Below, one piece after another: positions 38,450 through 40,178 of a stretch of DNA of 40,178 nucleotides (positions within the stretch are counted from its first letter, which is position 1; each line of letters begins with the position of its first letter). The DNA is from Octopus bimaculoides (lineage: Eukaryota). Where the stretch lies: assembly GCF_001194135.2 (NCBI RefSeq), contig NC_068996.1, forward strand, positions 26,650,872 to 26,691,049, in the 5' to 3' direction. The translations under genes and the position numbers were made by a program. The notes under the pieces are model-generated. The model did no database searches. It had not been told where the DNA came from and saw only the letters and a program-made list of their open reading frames with translations.

Positions 38450-38570
38450 AGATAAAATACCTTGTGATATTTAATTACAGATGTTCAGATCATGCTGTTG
38501 TTAATTTTGTTCTTCATCCTTTCAGGGATGGTAAATTAAGTACCAGTGAGCTGCTATTAAATATAGTCAG
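38450..38570 (+). mobile_element. Decayed SINE fragment (same core as 25682-25870)
   Basis: ttcatcctttcagggatggtaaattaagtaccag. Confidence 0.55.
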
Positions 38571-39722
38571 CTATACAACTTCCTCTATATAAAATCTTTA
38601 AAAACTTAAAAACTCACTATTTGGAAGACAATCCAGTTGGAAACAATTCTAATAAAGACCAATTCATCCTGCTAGTTTTTTTTAAGTTTTTTTTTTTTTT
38701 ATCCTGGCATATTATACATAAAATAGTACTGCTAAATCATTTACTTGTCAGCCTGAAAATGTAATATTTAGTGTCTTTGTTCTGTCACACCATGTAGTGG
38801 AACAGCTGTACTTAAGCATTCAGTTAAACAAGCTATATAAATGCTCAATCTTTAACCTCAGCTACAAAACCAAGGTTAACTGTCCATTGTAACTGAAGCT
38901 GTCTACCCTGGCTATTATTTTATTATTCCCTTGGTTTAGATCATTTCTCTATATGTTTGGTGCTAAATCCCTTGCAAAGCATTCACTGCTTTCAACAGTT
39001 ATTGTGTGTGTATTAATAACTTTTTTGTGGTATCGTGTAAAGAAATTTAGGAATTCCTAAAGAAAAAGTTTAATTTCAAACTACTAGCTGTCGTTTTAGT
39101 TGAAGATATTTTCCCTTACTTATAACACAGCATAATGTCATTACTGTTTTTGCTCCATCATAATGTTTCTTTACACATTTTATAAAAACCCACATTCTGA
39201 AATACACCTTTGTTTTTTTTTGTTTTTTTGTTTTTTGTGAATTCTTTAGGCATATTTTACAAACATTCAGTTGGATTTTTAAAAAATTACTACTCAACAC
39301 ATTTACGTTTTGCTGTCTAAAGAAAAGAATTGTTAAATATTTCAGTCAATCTTGTCAGTATTAACTTGCATTTTATATTTTTACTATTAATGCTCAAGAA
39401 GTAGTTTATCCTTTTAATTAGTGAAGCTTGCAGTTACATTTTCTCTTTTCTATTTAATGTTTGAGTATTTTAAAATGACTACATTTTTTAACCATAAAAA
39501 TATTGTTTAAAAATTATGCAGTGTTTTTTCTTCTTTAAACAGTAATTTTTTTTTTTTTTTTTGTAAGCATTAAAAAAATGTTTCAAAGATGAATTACAGA
39601 TGTTATTAATGTAAAATTTTGTTAGTGTATTTTATTAAAGATAACTTGTTCATCTTTAGGGAGGTGGGATTCGATGAAATTTTAAGTAGAAATTATTAAA
39701 GGTAAATTAATTTTTATTACAG

Positions 39723-39863
39723 GGGAGAATGTCCACCTTAAGATTTTAGTTCCAAGTGCAGCTGCTGGAGCCATTATTGGCAAAGGTGGAGAAACAATTG
39801 CACAAGTGCAGAAAGATGCAGGAGCCAGAGTAAAGATGTCGAAAGCTAATGATCATTATCCTG
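39723..39863 (+). CDS. Nova: Nova/pasilla KH1 exon ([48 protein letters not shown])
   Basis: Type-I KH signature with an intact GKGG loop, closely similar to NOVA1 KH1 ([21 protein letters not shown]...KLSKSKDFYPG). Acceptor tttttattacag, donor CTG|gtaact, 141 nt, phase 1-1. The gene continues beyond the window. Confidence 0.97.
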
Positions 39864-40120
39864 GTAACTATTTTCTGTTTGTGAGGACTAACAAATATAT
39901 TTTTAGGTTATAAGCTGAGAAATGGGGGGCATTTTATAATTAACAAATGAAGACATCTGGATGAATGTAGTGAGTGTTTACAATGATTGTCTATTTTATC
40001 TTCTAGTCTAATAAAAGAATTATGGAAATGTTTTAGATTACTTATGTGGCAAATATCTTACTTTAACTAGTTTAAGTTGAGAAATAACTGATTTTAACTA
40101 TCATTTGGTATGTCTTGGTG

Positions 40121-40123
<3 letters not shown>

Positions 40124-40178
<55 letters not shown>
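40124..40178 (+). repeat. (TG)n microsatellite truncated by the window end
   Basis: Directly visible. Confidence 0.98.

Noticed and set aside
1-40178. Prokaryotic systems, CRISPR arrays, rRNA or tRNA genes
   Set aside because: None seen. The DNA is intron-rich animal sequence, and the tRNA-like boxes occur only in decayed SINE heads.

Overview
Eukaryotic genomic DNA, very AT-rich and rich in microsatellites and retroposons, with three N gaps. The repeat families look like octopus (coleoid cephalopod); this is my recognition, not a database result. The window holds the 5' part of a + strand Nova/pasilla gene (neuronal KH-domain splicing regulator). An ATG exon at 6677-6794 encodes the Nova-typical DSRKRP...TKR NLS region, and an exon at 39723-39863 encodes most of KH1 ([21 protein letters not shown]...[11 protein letters not shown]). 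They are separated by a ~32.9 kb phase-1 intron. Reading that intron by eye gave one convincing in-frame 51-nt exon (16035-16085), plus several phase-compatible candidates: alternative ATG-bearing first exons without an NLS (9957-10020, 10487-10532, 33961-34045), a possible poison exon (33899-34045), and a 7-nt + 5-nt microexon pair. A dense YCAY cluster (Nova's own binding motif) lies in the 5' UTR. Together these suggest an N-terminal isoform switch with autoregulation, but this is inference and needs RNA data. Upstream (1-2960) is a decayed RTE-clade LINE whose 3' UTR matches the short (GAT)n-tailed repeats scattered through the window. Most ORFs in the supplied track are microsatellite, gap or chance ORFs.
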